From assembly GCF_021028975.2 (NCBI RefSeq), contig NC_059438.1, positions 1,984,001 to 2,048,000 on the forward strand: DNA of 64,000 nucleotides, written 5' to 3'. Shown one piece after another: positions 11,986-24,470 of this stretch (position 1 is the first letter of the stretch; the number at the start of each line of letters is the position of its first letter). Origin of the DNA: Sphaerodactylus townsendi. Lineage: Eukaryota. The notes below the pieces were generated by a model. That model was given only the letters and a program-made list of their open reading frames with translations, ran no database searches and was not told the origin of the DNA. The position numbers and the translations under genes are program-made.

Positions 11986-13019
11986 CATGATTAAAAGTGG
12001 TGGGTTTCCTTCTTCCAGATCCTGTTCAATTTGGACAAGTTATGATTTCAGTAGCCCACTCACCAATAGTTGCTGTCATTGCATTCGTTGTCATAATATA
12101 AACTATAGTTTCAGCAGACAAAGCCAGCTCCTGGCATCAGATTGCCCCAAGTCGCTTTCTTCCCTTCACTATCATTTCTGAAACAGGAACAGTCACTTCT
12201 CGACTATCAGAACAGTTTTTATTATAATATAATACTCCCAGCATGTGTGTTATAATTGCAGCCATACATAATAGCTCCATCTAGGTTATAATCATGAATT
12301 GAAAGATATATTTCTTCTAGTAAGAGATGAGAGGAAAAAAAAACAACACATACACAGACATTGGGTTGTTACATGCATTGTAATTGCTTTGTACCTGGCA
12401 GGAAAGTTTTGAAACAATGGCGTCATGGGAATATATTATTAAAGCAATCAAATAAGATTTGTAAAGATAATCAAATGGAATGTTTTATGGCTTCCTTGGG
12501 GGTTCTTATTCAGAAAAAAAAATCTCTAGCAACCCAATTATTTGATTGGTAGGTCTTCTGTATAGATGGGGCAAAAGAGAACATATTTAATTTTTTTAAA
12601 ATAAAAGAATACGGTAAATCTGATTACAAACCGCATATGAGGATAAATGTAATAAGCCTTTCGCAAATGAGAGGGAAAAAAGGAATTAAAATGTCTGGGG
12701 CTATGAGGTTACTTCTTGTATCACTCAGGCCTACTTCTGAATAACAAGGTCATAGGAATTTCTGAATAGCAATGGCTTTGAAAAAGTTTAAAGTTAATTA
12801 GAAATCAGTGGCTCAACAGCCTTCACAATGAAATCATTAATAACATTCTTAGTTTATCACCTGCTCCTTACAAGAAGGGGAATTATTTGTTCCGTAGATG
12901 GTGAATTTCCTGAGTTTTCTTCAGTATATGCTCATATCTTAACATGGATATTAGCAAAATAACCCCAGGGTATTTCTAGGAAGCCTTTTTTTTGTAGAAC
13001 CAAACTGAAATTGCATTTG

Positions 13020-13186
13020 CAAGTATCTTCAAGTTGCAGCCAACTTATGACAACTCCAACACGGAGTTTTTAAGACAACTGAGAAGCACAGCAGGTTTGC
13101 CATTACCTTCCTTGACAGAGTCTTCCTTGGTAGTCTCCCATCAAAGTGCTGACCTGCTTTAGCTTCATAGATCTGACAAGGTTGGG
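13020..13186 (-). mobile_element. 5S rRNA-derived SINE, head interrupted by a hAT element
   Basis: tcaagttgcagccaacttatgac...ggtttgccattaccttc...gtctcccatcaaagtgctgacctgctttagcttcatagatctgacaag. Confidence 0.7.
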
Positions 13187-13659
13187 CAGTGATGTACCAG
13201 GGTTAAACTGCACCGGGGGGCATAACCGCCTCCCTGTGTGCCCCCCAGCTCCCTGTGCCCCCCCACACCACTTACAGGAGTCAGCAGGGAGGCTGGGAGA
13301 GGTTGGGGCTCAGACTGGTGCCATGGCAGCAGGCTGGCTCCTGGGCCACATGCAGTCAAGCCCCGCCCCCAGCCTCCCAGCAGGCTGACTCCTGCCATCC
13401 CCAGGACCTGGGGATGGCAAAAGCCAGCCTGCAGAGTGACCAAGGGGGTGAGGCTTAGTGACAGGCAGCTCAGGCAGGTGCTGTGGCCACCTGGCTCTGA
13501 GCCCCCCCCCCCTCGGCCTCCCTGCAGGCTGGCTCCTGCCATCCCAATGCTCTGGGGACAGTAGGAGCTGACCTGCAGGGAGGCTGGGGAGGGCAGGGCT
13601 TGGCAGCATGCACCTGATGACATGGTAAACCCCATTCCCCCATTAGAGGTATGCCACTG
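13187..13659. mobile_element. GC-rich non-autonomous hAT element (473 bp)
   Basis: TIRs cagtgatgtacc / ggtatgccactg; 8-bp TSD aggttggg / aggttggc; internal direct and inverted repeats of cctccc(a/t)gcaggctg(a/g)ctcctgccatccc. Confidence 0.8.
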
Positions 13660-15261
13660 AGGTTGGCATCTACCATACCATTCAACATCCCTGAATTGAA
13701 ACTATTCACTTTTAGGATTGTAGGGGACTTCTATTTTTGTGGTGTGGGAGGAATTTTTGGCAACCCTTAAAGATTGGGCAGGGCTTATGAGTAAGTAGTA
13801 GAACACCTGCTTTGCAAGCAAATGCACAATCTGGAATACAGTGTATGATCCACATGCCAAACCATGCATAATGCTCTAGGTCACCCCCATACGAATGACT
13901 CTTGGCAATTAGTCCACTTTTCAACCTGTGCCACAAAACAATGTGTATATGCTATCATATTCATATGCAGTTGTAAGAATTTGTAGTTGTAAGGTAAATC
14001 AAATCTACGGTCACTTGTACACAGAAAATACTAGATGGGTAACCCCATCCACCAACTGGGCACCAGGCTGTGGCACCAAAGTGACTTCTCAGCTGTGTGA
14101 GGAGGTTGGAAAGCCTCCCTGCCTCTGAGAAGTCCCAGTGGGGCACACCCCACTTAACGCCAGCCAAAAGGAAGTAACAATGGAAGTCACAATGGGTAAC
14201 TCTAGGAATCACTAGAAATTCTAGCGTAAAACCATAGAGTTTCCATTGTTCCTAAAGCGACCTGTTGTCACTTCTGTTAAGAAATTCGAACATTAAAAAA
14301 AAACAACAGGGCAGGAAATGCCCTGCCCCCACCAGCCCAATTGTGACAGCCCAATTGTAGCCTCTGGAACCTCAACATCCTCATTTTGAATATCTGAACA
14401 GGGCCACACTTATTCTTATTGGCTTTTCTGTCCATAGTTAGTCATATTCATTAGAAAACTGCTGAACATAATTATGGGAGGATTTATATCCAAGAATGAT
14501 TTTTCTCCTTGAAACTTTTTTTTTTCATTAACATAATTGAAAATGGTAATTTGTTATGGGCGTTTTATCTTTTGTTTTGTTTATAGAATCTTGCAAGATT
14601 AAGTAGGTTGACATTCATACACAGAAGACTTACTGCATTGTTTCGGGAATGCATTGGGCTGTTGTTCTCCCAGTCAGATATTAAAAGTATATATTAAAGA
14701 AAACCAATTTGTAGGGACTTTTTTGTTCCTCTGTGCAATCTTTATCACAAAATTGGGGAATAATAGTTTGCCCAAGAACCCTTTCTGGCAGTAAGCTGAA
14801 AACAGCATGGCTTCGTTTACAGTCTTCACACCCAAAAAGATGTGCTAATTTAGGGATGTATCCATATGCTGAAAAATAGCCAGACTGTAATGGCATCCTT
14901 TAAAATCATTAAGGCTTGTGCTGCATCTTAACCGTGTTGCTGTAATTTGCTTTTTCTGTGAGTTGTGTATTTTGGTGGGAAAAGGATTAAAATTCTAGCT
15001 ACATCTTGCTGCATGCGGAAAAGTCAGAGAAAAGTTCAGCAGTGACACTTCCTCCAGGGATGCTTTCGAATTTCTTGCCCCCGATGGTTCATTTTGAAAA
15101 TCCCTATTACGAATTGGCTTCTCCCTTGTGGAAATCAGACCGGCAAGTCTATCTTATTTCTTCCTGCCATTTTCCCCAGTCTGTGCATTCTCCGTCATAG
15201 CTCCCTCATTATAGAATGAGCTTCCTCAAGAGGGGAGTGGTGTTATGGTCTCAAGAGTGGG

Positions 15262-15296
<35 letters not shown>

Positions 15297-15845
15297 TGAG
15301 TGTGTGAAATGCCATCAAGATGCTTCTGACTCATGGCAACTATATGAATCAGTGGGCCTTTCCCCACTTACCTTAAGCCCCGTGCTACTTGAGGAGAGTA
15401 GGGCAGGGTCCCCCGGCACTCCCCACGAGAGGGGCGATGACAGCACAGCCGCCCCGATGCTGCTGCTGTCGCGCCCCCTCAACGCGAGGCATCCCTGGCA
15501 CTCTTGCAAAGGGCGCCTTTTGATGACCCTGCACAGAGCGCGGGGTCGTGGGGATGCCTGGGCGCGTGCCAGGGATGCCGCACGCTGGGAATTGCGTGCA
15601 GCAACCCTCGGAAAAAGGTAAGTGGGGAAAGGGCCAGTGTCCTCCAGAATGTCATATTGTTAACAGCTTACAAACTGAGGATTGTGGATTCCTTTATCGA
15701 ATCCCTCCATCTTATGCTGAATCGTCCTCTTTCCCTGCTGCCTTTAAATTTTCTTAGCATTATTATCTCTTCCAGTGACTCTTGTATTATCATCATGTGA
15801 CCAAAATACAATAGCCTCAGTTTAGTCATTTTCGCTTCTAAGGAC
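15262..15845 (-). mobile_element. RTE/BovB-like LINE 3' fragment with (CA)n tail, interrupted by a MITE at 15354-15635
   Basis: ccatcttatgctgaatcgtcctctttccctgctgcc...ttccagtgactc...catgtgaccaaaatacaatagcctcagtttagtcatt parallels the reverse complement of the RTE/BovB 3' coding end; (TG)n at 15263-15285 is the tail. Confidence 0.7.
15354..15635. mobile_element. PIF/Harbinger-type MITE, family E (282 bp)
   Basis: TIRs gggcctttccccacttacctt / aaggtaagtggggaaagggcc; 3-bp TSD AGT/AGT. Confidence 0.85.
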
Positions 15846-16504
15846 TGTTACCCAAAATGCTGGGGGCTGCTTCTTTTAGAACCGCATATATATTTGGAAT
15901 CTTTGAATTATGACAACACATAGTACTTGACTGACAAGAAGTCCTATTGTCCCACAATAGATTAACTGCTGTTAATCTATTGATCAACAATCCTTTTTGC
16001 TTTGCATTATGGTAATGTGGATTATTGTTTCATCAGCAATATGTTTTGCTTAAGTGGATAGTTGCATGCAAACAATAAACACAAATCGCACTCTTAGTGT
16101 GAAATATTTAACATGAAATATTTACAATACCAAACTGAATAAAGCCATTCCATCTATTATCTTGACCAGAAATTTACTTATACTTTCAAGATTAAGGAAC
16201 ATGTGGATTATTAATCATTTATTAACTACTCCTTGGTAAAGAAGCCAATGCATTCTCACGCTGATAAAAAAGCTGATGAAAACAGACAAATGAAACAATG
16301 CACACAAATATGATGACAATGTTAGACTTAATACATTTCTATAGTTGATGAAAAATAAAGTGTGTTTTAAACAAAACGTTTCCGGACCAGAACATGTCAA
16401 AAAAAATTGTTTAAACCCACCTTAGAAAGCTTGTGAAAACTAATGATCTTCCATTGTTCCCCAAAAGGTGAACAGAAAAAAAAATCTATTCCAAAACGTT
16501 GGAG

Positions 16505-16669
16505 NNNNNNNNNNNNNNNNNNNNNNNNNNNNNNNNNNNNNNNNNNNNNNNNNNNNNNNNNNNNNNNNNNNNNNNNNNNNNNNNNNNNNNNNNNNNNNNN
16601 NNNNNNNNNNNNNNNNNNNNNNNNNNNNNNNNNNNNNNNNNNNNNNNNNNNNNNNNNNNNNNNNNNNNN
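16505..16669. other. Assembly gap (N run)
   Basis: 165 N, adjacent to the tail end of a minus-strand SINE. Confidence 0.99.
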
Positions 16670-16854
16670 CACCCCTTTCTCTCCTATAAGGAAACTCAAA
16701 GGGACTTACAAAGGGACTTTTCCTCTCCCTTTAACAGATACCTTGTAAGGTGGGGCTGAGAAAGTTCTGAAGAACTTTCATGTGGAGGAGTGGGGAATCA
16801 AATCCAGTTCTCCAGATTAGAGTCCAACTGCTCTTACCTACTATACCACACTGA
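16670..16854 (-). mobile_element. Squam3-like SINE (extreme 5' end split off by the MITE at 16855-17443)
   Basis: ctctcctataaggaaactcaaaggg...gtggggaatcaaatccagttctccagattagagtcc...ccacactga[MITE]ctctc. Confidence 0.75.
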
Positions 16855-17443
16855 GGCCGTTTCCGCACGGCCCTTTTATGGCACCCTGGGGATGGCAAAA
16901 ACGCCGTTCCCAGGGAGCCATTCGCACAGGCGGCACTGCTGCAATGCAGCAGCGCCGCCCTGGCTTCGCTCCACCTCCCCCAGGGCGGCATCAGGCCGCC
17001 CTAAAAAACAACCCTTTAAAGGGTTGTTTTTGCCTTCTTTCTAACAAAGGCGATGTTCGGCCTCGGGCGGCTGTGGTGCGAACGGCAGCTGCTCGGGAAC
17101 ATAAAGCTGTTTCCCTGACTCCCTTTCCCACTCACCTTGTCTCCGTCGTTGGCCCTGCTGGCCTCCGAAGCCCTCGCCTCACTGTCCTCCGACCCCTGGA
17201 GGTCGAGGAGGGCAGCTTCATGGCCGGGCTTCGGAGTGCCAGCAGGCCGACTAACAGGTACAAGGTGAAGTAAAGAAAAAAGAAGGAAGTGGGGCAGATG
17301 CTCACGCTCCCATCGCGGAACGCCTGTCCTCCGCCGGCCTCTCCTGAGGCCGCTCGCACGCTTGCGTGCGAACGGCCTCCGCCCCCACGCCGGCAGAATT
17401 CTTGCCGGCATGGGGGCGCCTGGGGGGCTGTGCAGAAACGGCC
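16855..17443 (+). mobile_element. PIF/Harbinger-type MITE, family C (589 bp)
   Basis: TIRs ggccgtttccgcac / gtgcagaaacggcc; TSD TGA/TGA; internal palindrome aaaacaaccctttaaagggttgtttt. Confidence 0.88.
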
Positions 17444-18394
17444 TGACTCTCACAAAAAAAAGCTGCTCCTTTGAGAAGTGGTATTGGACTGAAAGATGTG
17501 CAGATATGCCAAAAAATATATATGAAAAAGTCAGATTTGAAGTGGGAGTGTACATCCTTTCAAAAACTGAAGTCTCTTTTTTCCCTGCTAGCCACTCATT
17601 AAATCCTTCAGGGAGCAGACAAGTACCAACATAGTTAAACTGGTGGTTGACCACGGCAAGCCAGCAGCCCTCAGGATTAGGCTGTCTGAGGTGGCTTCCA
17701 GAACAGGTGAATGGATATCCTTATGATAATGTGGAAATCAGTCTTGTCCTTGCTCAGTGCAGCTCTCTGCAATTATATCCCTTTCTCATAAACCGAAAGA
17801 TATATGATGGTGTCAAGTTTCATTTTGTTTCTTTATCCATGTCAACATTTCTGTTTCTCTTCCTGTTTGTTTCCAGATGTGCTGTTTTGTTCTTTTTGTA
17901 TTTGTATTTTGAATTCCATAATGCATTTTTACCCATTAGGGATACATGGTCGGGACAAACAAGTAGAGGAATCAGTAAGAAATCATTACAGCATCCAAAC
18001 CCAAAATTAAAGGTACGTATTTCCTGGATATTGGAGACAAGGAAGTACAAAGTGATGGTAACAATGCATTTTTTTTCCTTTGAGTTCAGACACTGCAGGA
18101 ATGAATTCATTATAGAATCACAGCCAGACAGAAATTTGAAAGCTTTTCCACGTGAGCCCTCCGAAGATGACATTACACACATTGATTTCCATGTGCATAA
18201 AGTTGGGGGGGGGGGGCGTTGAATTCACTGGTCTCGCTTCGGTGTGATGACCAGCTTCTACCACATCCTGACATGATGGGAGTAAAAATGGTATATTAGA
18301 ATATTAACAATAGTATTTTATTAGTGTGGGACATTGGTGAGACATTGGTGCTGCAAAGAGAGAAAGGCAGCAGGGAAGGCCTTGGGTTCTACAC

Positions 18395-18490
18395 CCTGTT
18401 TGTTGGCTCTCAAGGGTGACTGGTTGGCCACTATGTGAAACAGGATGGACTACTGGTCTGATCCAACAGGTCTCTTCTGATGTTCTTCTG
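18395..18490 (+). mobile_element. CR1-like LINE 3' tail fragment
   Basis: tggttggccactatgtgaaacaggatggactactggtctgatccaacaggtctcttctgatgttctt; related tails at 31960 (-) and ~42125 (+). Confidence 0.55.
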
Positions 18491-19849
18491 AATTCATAGA
18501 AGGGATTGAAACTGTGGCAGACAACCTTGCGAAGCAAGACCCAGTCAAGGTGGGTCTGTTGCTTTGTTTGCTTGTTTGTCTTAACTATTCAAATCACATT
18601 GTTTAATTTGGTCCAGAAATTTCAGTAAGCCACTGTTATTCCCTAGAGAGAAAAGCAGCATAGCTGTGCCTTAAATAAATATAGTAAGTAAATATATTTC
18701 AGTCAATATATTACCAAAGGAAGCAACTCAACTACGTACGAGGGCTCTTATTTCATATTTAACTGCACAGTAACTACCTGAACAGGTATGGCACATGTTC
18801 CAATACACTCTACAGGTTAAATTATAAGTCTGGCTTTATCTGCATAGATAATGATTGTTATAAGCAAGGCAGGGATGGATGGGTGAAAGCAGCACTGTTC
18901 GGAAGAATATATTATTTGGTTACCTTCAGCTTGTGGGACCTAATTAGAGCTGCATTCTTAGTAGCTTGGGAAATCAACATAACAGAGGAGATGTGCTTGA
19001 ATAATGTAGACATTTTGTCATGAATACTGCAGTGGCCCATTTCCACCCGGAGATCTTTTTTGAACACAGTCTGGGCATGCCGTAGGCTGAATTGTTTAGA
19101 TGACATGAGAAGGGAGAAGCAGAAATGCAAGGACAAACATGGGGACAATAGTTTCCCTGGTTCAGTAGGGAGTTCTGGGATGCCGCCTCGGACCCAGATT
19201 GAGGTGTTTGTGGCTGTGACCTAAAAGAATGATCATGTCTGAAAGTTTCACAGATGTTCCCAGATTTATTATTATTGCCACTTGGTCAGCTGACAATGTG
19301 CAGTGAGCAGAGACCTGCAAGCCAATAAGCAAAAATTCAATTTTCAAGCATCTTCCTGGGGAATGAACATAATCCCATGTTCCGAGATGTAGACCCAAGT
19401 GCGTCTTCAGTATTTGATTATGCCGGGCTTGGCATTACATTCTCTTGTGGAGCATGGACGCATGCTTATATGCACACAATGGGAAATGTTTGCATGTAAG
19501 AAGAAACCCCTGATCATAGCAGTTTCCGCATATAGGCCAGAGCTCTGAGGGTCATGCAAGAGCAGCTGCAATGGAACGTTTTGTAAACTTCTGGTCATAA
19601 TTCTTCAGTTAACAGAATCAGTTTATATACACTGATGCTGGGGAAATTATAGCATAGTAAGAATGCCAGTTCTTGTGAATCATGTGAGGTCCATAGAGCT
19701 TATGACCCATCAAGACAAATGCAGCCTGTCAGCCATGTATGACACATCAACAGGGACTCAGATGATTTCAGGTTTTGTATCGTTTTCCCACCACCACCAC
19801 CAAATTCCCTGTTTTGATTCTGCTTCTCCCTTGTACTGATGGAACATTA

Positions 19850-19990
19850 GTGAGCCAGCGTGCTATAATTGTTAGAGAAGGACCTAGATTTCAATTCCCA
19901 TCTAATAATGACATTTCCTAGGCTTTTCACTCTCTTTCAGCTGAACCTACCACACAGGATTGTTGTAGGGATAAATAGGGGAAAAGGGAA
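19850..19990 (+). mobile_element. Old MIR/Squam3-like SINE
   Basis: gagccagcgtgctataattgttagag...cctaccacacaggattgttgtagggataaat. Confidence 0.5.
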
Positions 19991-21711
19991 AGAGTTGTCA
20001 GGTCTCTCACTATGCAAGGTCTCACCCATAGGCAAACCTCACATGAGTCATGTTGCCTGGTGGTGGCTATCAGGCTTAACCCAATATGTCCTCCCTCAAA
20101 AACCTAGACAGGACCCTGTCTGTCTGGCCCCCCACCTTTTAGTGACATAAAGCAAGGCTTCAATGCCTGCAATACTGTGTGTTGGCCTAGCAATGGGCCA
20201 CTGAGCCAATTTGTTTCTTAAAGGTACAGGTGCTGCTTCTGTTATTTTTGGAAGTTTTAACCCTCCCAGTGTTTTTTAAATTAACATTTAATTTTTTTTT
20301 CCTTCAGAATTTGAGTGGTTTTCAGGTTTCTGTTTTTCAGGTTTCATGACTTCAGTCTCTGGATTTATATCTCCACACATTTGGCTACAGTGAGAATTAT
20401 GTATATTGATATAACAGGTTCAAAAACCATCTTGATCTACAAGCCATTTGCATAGATAGGACCTTCCTACTGATTTTCATATGATCGCTGAATGGATGTC
20501 TCTTCATAGCAGTCACTGGCTCATATCTGCCATTTCTGTTCATTTCTTGTCATCATCTGGCAAAGCATAGTCGATTCCACTTACAACCGTTGGCTGGCTG
20601 TGAGCTTTGATAACTTTGACTGTTGCTGTTACATCAGAGGAAAATAGTGTGCGATTAATGTTCAGCATGATGTAAAACCATGACATGTGAGTGATACATT
20701 CCCATGCAATCAATGTGTGAGAGCACATTTCATCAGTCAGAAAGAAACATTTCTATCATTCTTGTTAGGTATCTGAAAAGAGATATACGAGCTTTATATG
20801 GAGACATTAAAGAATGGAGGAGGCACATTGGCTGGATCACTTTGTTTCATTTAGACATAATAGATGGTATGCTTTGCGTCAGCCTAATAAATAATGTTGA
20901 AGATGGGGAATATGCTGCACCCTTATGCAATATGTGAATAGCTTAGTGTTTTCATGCTGAGGGAGAAAAGGAAAAGAATGAACAGAGCATTTAAATAGTA
21001 ACTGAAGGGTAGATAGAAGTTAAAGATTATTTCATGCTAAACTTTGCTAAGCAAAATGTGATATTTCAAATGGCAGGATCATTGTTAGAAATACATTTGA
21101 TTAGTGAAGGCTATGGTAGTGATAAAAATTGGAGATGGCAATTAAAAAAAGTCAACCTTGTTCTTTATAAATGCTTCACTCTTGTTCCACTTTTGAGCAA
21201 GCGAGTTAATGAAACTCAGTCAGCATGTTGGATTTGAATGTGTCCTCATGCAGCAGTGCTACCTTTGGGCCAGTTTATTTTCCATGCTCCTTTGATTATC
21301 TTGTTAAAGAAGCAACATGTAAAGCTCTGAATTTTCATTGCACCTTATAGTGACCCTTCCTCTCCAGTATTCAGATACTGACCTATTATGAACTTGCAAT
21401 CTGCCCTGCGGTAAGTATACATTTCCTTTGGGGAAGATTCTTAGTGACACACGCATTTGTTCCTCCCCTCCAACCAGAACGTACTGTGAGGCAGAGCAGA
21501 GAAACCCCGTGGCTTCCAAAACCTCTTTGAGTGATATTTTGCCATTCTCTTCACTGAAAAAAAGTGAGGATCTGTTGTGTGTGCTCAGCCTGCTGAGATT
21601 TTACTTACCCTTCCTGCCTTCCCCAGCCTTCTCCCACCCACCTACCAGCAGTTCCTCCCATACTCATTGAGCAGAACAGCCTAAAAAGTGTTCTTTAAAA
21701 AGAGAGAGAGA

Positions 21712-21851
21712 GGCTGATTCCGCATGGGCCAAAAACTGTGGTGTGAAAATTGTGTGAAAATGGTATAAACCCTTTTACACTGTTTTAGACCCTTTTACAC
21801 CATTTTCACACTGTTTTCACACCGCTGTTTTTGGCCCATGCGGAATGAGCC
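21712..21851. mobile_element. PIF/Harbinger-type fold-back MITE, family B (140 bp)
   Basis: TIRs ggctgattccgcatgggccaaaaac / gtttttggcccatgcggaatgagcc; TSD AGA/AGA; arrays of ggtgtgaaaa / ttttcacacc. Confidence 0.88.
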
Positions 21852-21971
21852 AGAGAGAAGTGGCAAACAGCATGAGAAGCAGAGGATAAGGGAAATGGCA
21901 AGTGTCTCAGCTGGAGAAGCTTCACAGTGAGAGAATCCCTGATTGGCACTGAAAACCATGAGAAAAACCTA

Positions 21972-22449
21972 GGCCGTTTCCACATGGGCGTGGAGGCGGA
22001 GGCCGTTCGCATGCAAGCATCTTGGGGCCCGGCCTCTGGAAAAAACCCGACAGGCGGCAGGCGGCTCCGCATGGAGCGCTCTTCCCCATCCAATACCTTG
22101 TCCCGTGCATTAAGCCTGCTGGCGTTGAAGCCCATGCAGCGCCTCAGGCCTCCAGGGGGTCCGGAGGACAGCGTGGGCGGGGCCGGCGGCACCAACGAAG
22201 CAAATGATTGAGCGAAGAGAAACAATGTTCAGGCTGATTGCTGTTAAGCACCGCGCCCGAACTGCAGCTGTAAAACAACCCTTTAAAGGGTTGTTTTCAG
22301 AGGCGACGGCTGCCCTGGGGAAAGAGGGAAGGCGAGTCAGGTGCTGCTGCAGCGCAGCAGCGCCGCCTGTAACTCCTGAGGCGGCATATTTCCGTCCCCA
22401 GGGTGCCGATATCGACGTGCGAGCGGCCCCTAGTGTAAGAAGCGAGCCA
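21972..22449 (-). mobile_element. PIF/Harbinger-type MITE, family C, noisy copy
   Basis: Starts ggccgtttccacat; contains aaaacaaccctttaaagggttgtttt; right end degraded, boundary approximate. Confidence 0.7.
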
Positions 22450-23155
22450 TGAGGTAAACCCTGCATTCTTCACAGATTCCAGCGTTAGCCTGAAGATCCA
22501 TATAGGGCACCTAGCATGAAAGCTTTCCTCAGTCCCAGATGCTCCCTTTTCCGTCATTGAAGGGCATGCATCCGCCAAGTAATTCAGCAAACTGCCTCCA
22601 CAAGCCCGCAGTGACTGCCTGGCAAACCAACCTGACGAACACCACCAATAATATGGACACAAAACCACCGAATCCTGCTTGTTTGGGGCTGTGAACAATC
22701 AAGGAATGATCAGGGGGACTGTGTGGAGTTGTGCTTGGCTCAAGAGACAACAGTCTTGTGAGCAGAGTATGCTTCATTTGCAAATATATATATGTTGGAA
22801 TTTGGTTAAATATGGACCAGCCCAGGCCTGTGTGTGAGTGCATTAAAGGAGCTCTTCCAAATATATATATATAAAGAGAGGAAAACATACATTTATTTCA
22901 GGTAATTTCGGATCACAGGCATTGTTTTAGATGAAAAGTAGATAGAAACCTTATACTAAGGAGATAACAAGTGGGCATTCTAACACGCCACCACATATGT
23001 GTGATTTGCTTCTGTGGGAAAGCCCCAGCAGGAGCAGGTAGCCATTACATTGCGTCTGGTGCAAAGGAGAAGAAAATAGAAAATGGATGCAGGGTGAAGA
23101 AGGAGGAGATGGTGGGCAGAGCCCAGACATGGAGAGCAAACAATAGCATAGCTTA

Positions 23156-23657
23156 GGCCCTTTCCGCACGGGCCAAAAACGGCGGCCTGGGGATGGCAAA
23201 AACGCCATCCCCAGGCATGGGTCCCACAGAATGGCTGCTGGCGGCTTCCAAGCGCCGACCTGGCTCCCCTCCCCTCCCTCGGGGGGGCGTCAAGGTAAGC
23301 CCTCCAAAACTCCCGTTTAAAGGGTAGTTTTGAGTAAACAGTGTGTTCAGATGAGGTCACGAACAGCACCGCCAGGAACTGCAGCTGTTTCCGATCCCTC
23401 TCCCACTTACCTTGTCGCCGTCGTCGCCCTGCTGTCCTCTAAGACCCTCCTGGCTGTCCTCCTGACCCCTGGAGGTGGGAGGGCAGCGATGAGCAGGCAG
23501 GAGCCAACAGGAGGTAAGGAGAGCAATCACGTCTTGAACCCGCCTCTCTGCCGACCTCTGCTGGGGCAGCACTTGCATGCCTAATGCGAGCGGCCTCCCA
23601 CCCATAGGCAAAAAAATTCTTTTGGTGTGAGGCGCATAGGAATCGTGCAGAAGGGCC
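23156..23657 (+). mobile_element. PIF/Harbinger-type MITE, family C (502 bp)
   Basis: TIRs ggccctttccgcacg / cgtgcagaagggcc; TSD TTA/TTA. Confidence 0.88.
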
Positions 23658-23740
23658 TTAAATTCCTGCTTGCTTGATTGCAGAACTCACTTCTTCCAAC
23701 ATATATTTATCCCTGAAGCATAATTAATTATCAATCGGGA

Positions 23741-24132
23741 TGTGGGGCCCTCTTTCTGGGAACAGTATCCTTTGCCTATTTACTACTTTTGCTTTTAGGC
23801 ATGGGCTAATCAGTTTGGTAGGTAGCTGCTTGCTTTTGCACTTCAAGGCAATGGGGAGTATAGGTTGTTTTGATTTGGGGAAGGTCATGCCTCTACCTTC
23901 CCCTGGGAATGGAGGGGGTGCCTGCCTCCCCCTTGGGAACTGATACCAAAGAGTGGTGTCAAGCGAGATGAAACCTGTGCATCGTTGGAAGGGAGGGGAT
24001 ATAATGTAAGCTATTTTAGCATGCCAATCTTAGTTCTGTCAATGAATGTGTCTAAGTGCTTAATTCTGAAGCAGTTTTCAATAAAGGAAATTGTTTGAAA
24101 TGAAGTCTCATTATTGAACAGGCCAGGGGCAC
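23741..24132 (+). mobile_element. Possible degraded solo LTR
   Basis: Starts tgtggggccc; TATA-like gatataatg (~23998); aataaa (~24080) followed by ...tcattattg...ggggcac; no convincing TSD. Confidence 0.3.
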
Positions 24133-24284
24133 GAGAGAGGCAGGCTGTGAATTTCCATGGAAGAAATAGTACTCAATTAATTTTGCTCCATGATTAAGTA
24201 AGATGTGAAGCATAATCATTCTTTCTCATAATTATATCTTGTTCTATCTGCAAATAGTTCCTGGTGTTATATATGGTTTTATTC

Positions 24285-24470
24285 TCTGTTCCTCCACATG
24301 AAGCCTCCTGGGTGACCCTGGGCCAGTCACAGTTTTCTCCAACCTTTTCAAACCTACCTACCTTACAATATGCCTGTTGTGTGGAGGGGGAAAGGAAGGC
24401 AATTATAAGCCACTTTGAAACTCCTTATGGAACACAAAAGGGAGGTATAATAAGCAGCTCTTCTCCTTCT
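24285..24470 (+). mobile_element. Squam3-like SINE (5'-truncated)
   Basis: cctccacatgaagcctcctgggtgaccctgggccagtcacag...gcctgttgtgtggaggggg...ataagccactttgaaactccttatgg. Confidence 0.7.

Noticed and set aside
15955-15982. Perfect 12-bp hairpin caatagattaac-tgct-gttaatctattg
   Set aside because: Isolated, AT-rich and too short for a pre-miRNA; plausibly a local template-switch product.
17940-18012. Possible plus-strand exon (cattag|...AAG|gtacgt)
   Set aside because: Splice-like signals only; translations are unrecognisable and no partner exon is evident.
18228-18273. UUCG hairpin and adjacent GTGATGA...CTGA box pair
   Set aside because: Boxes are only ~17 nt apart, too short for a snoRNA; the stem is imperfect and expected by chance.
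21730-21830. CRISPR-like short repeat array
   Set aside because: Vertebrate DNA; the units have no unique spacers and are subterminal repeats of a MITE.
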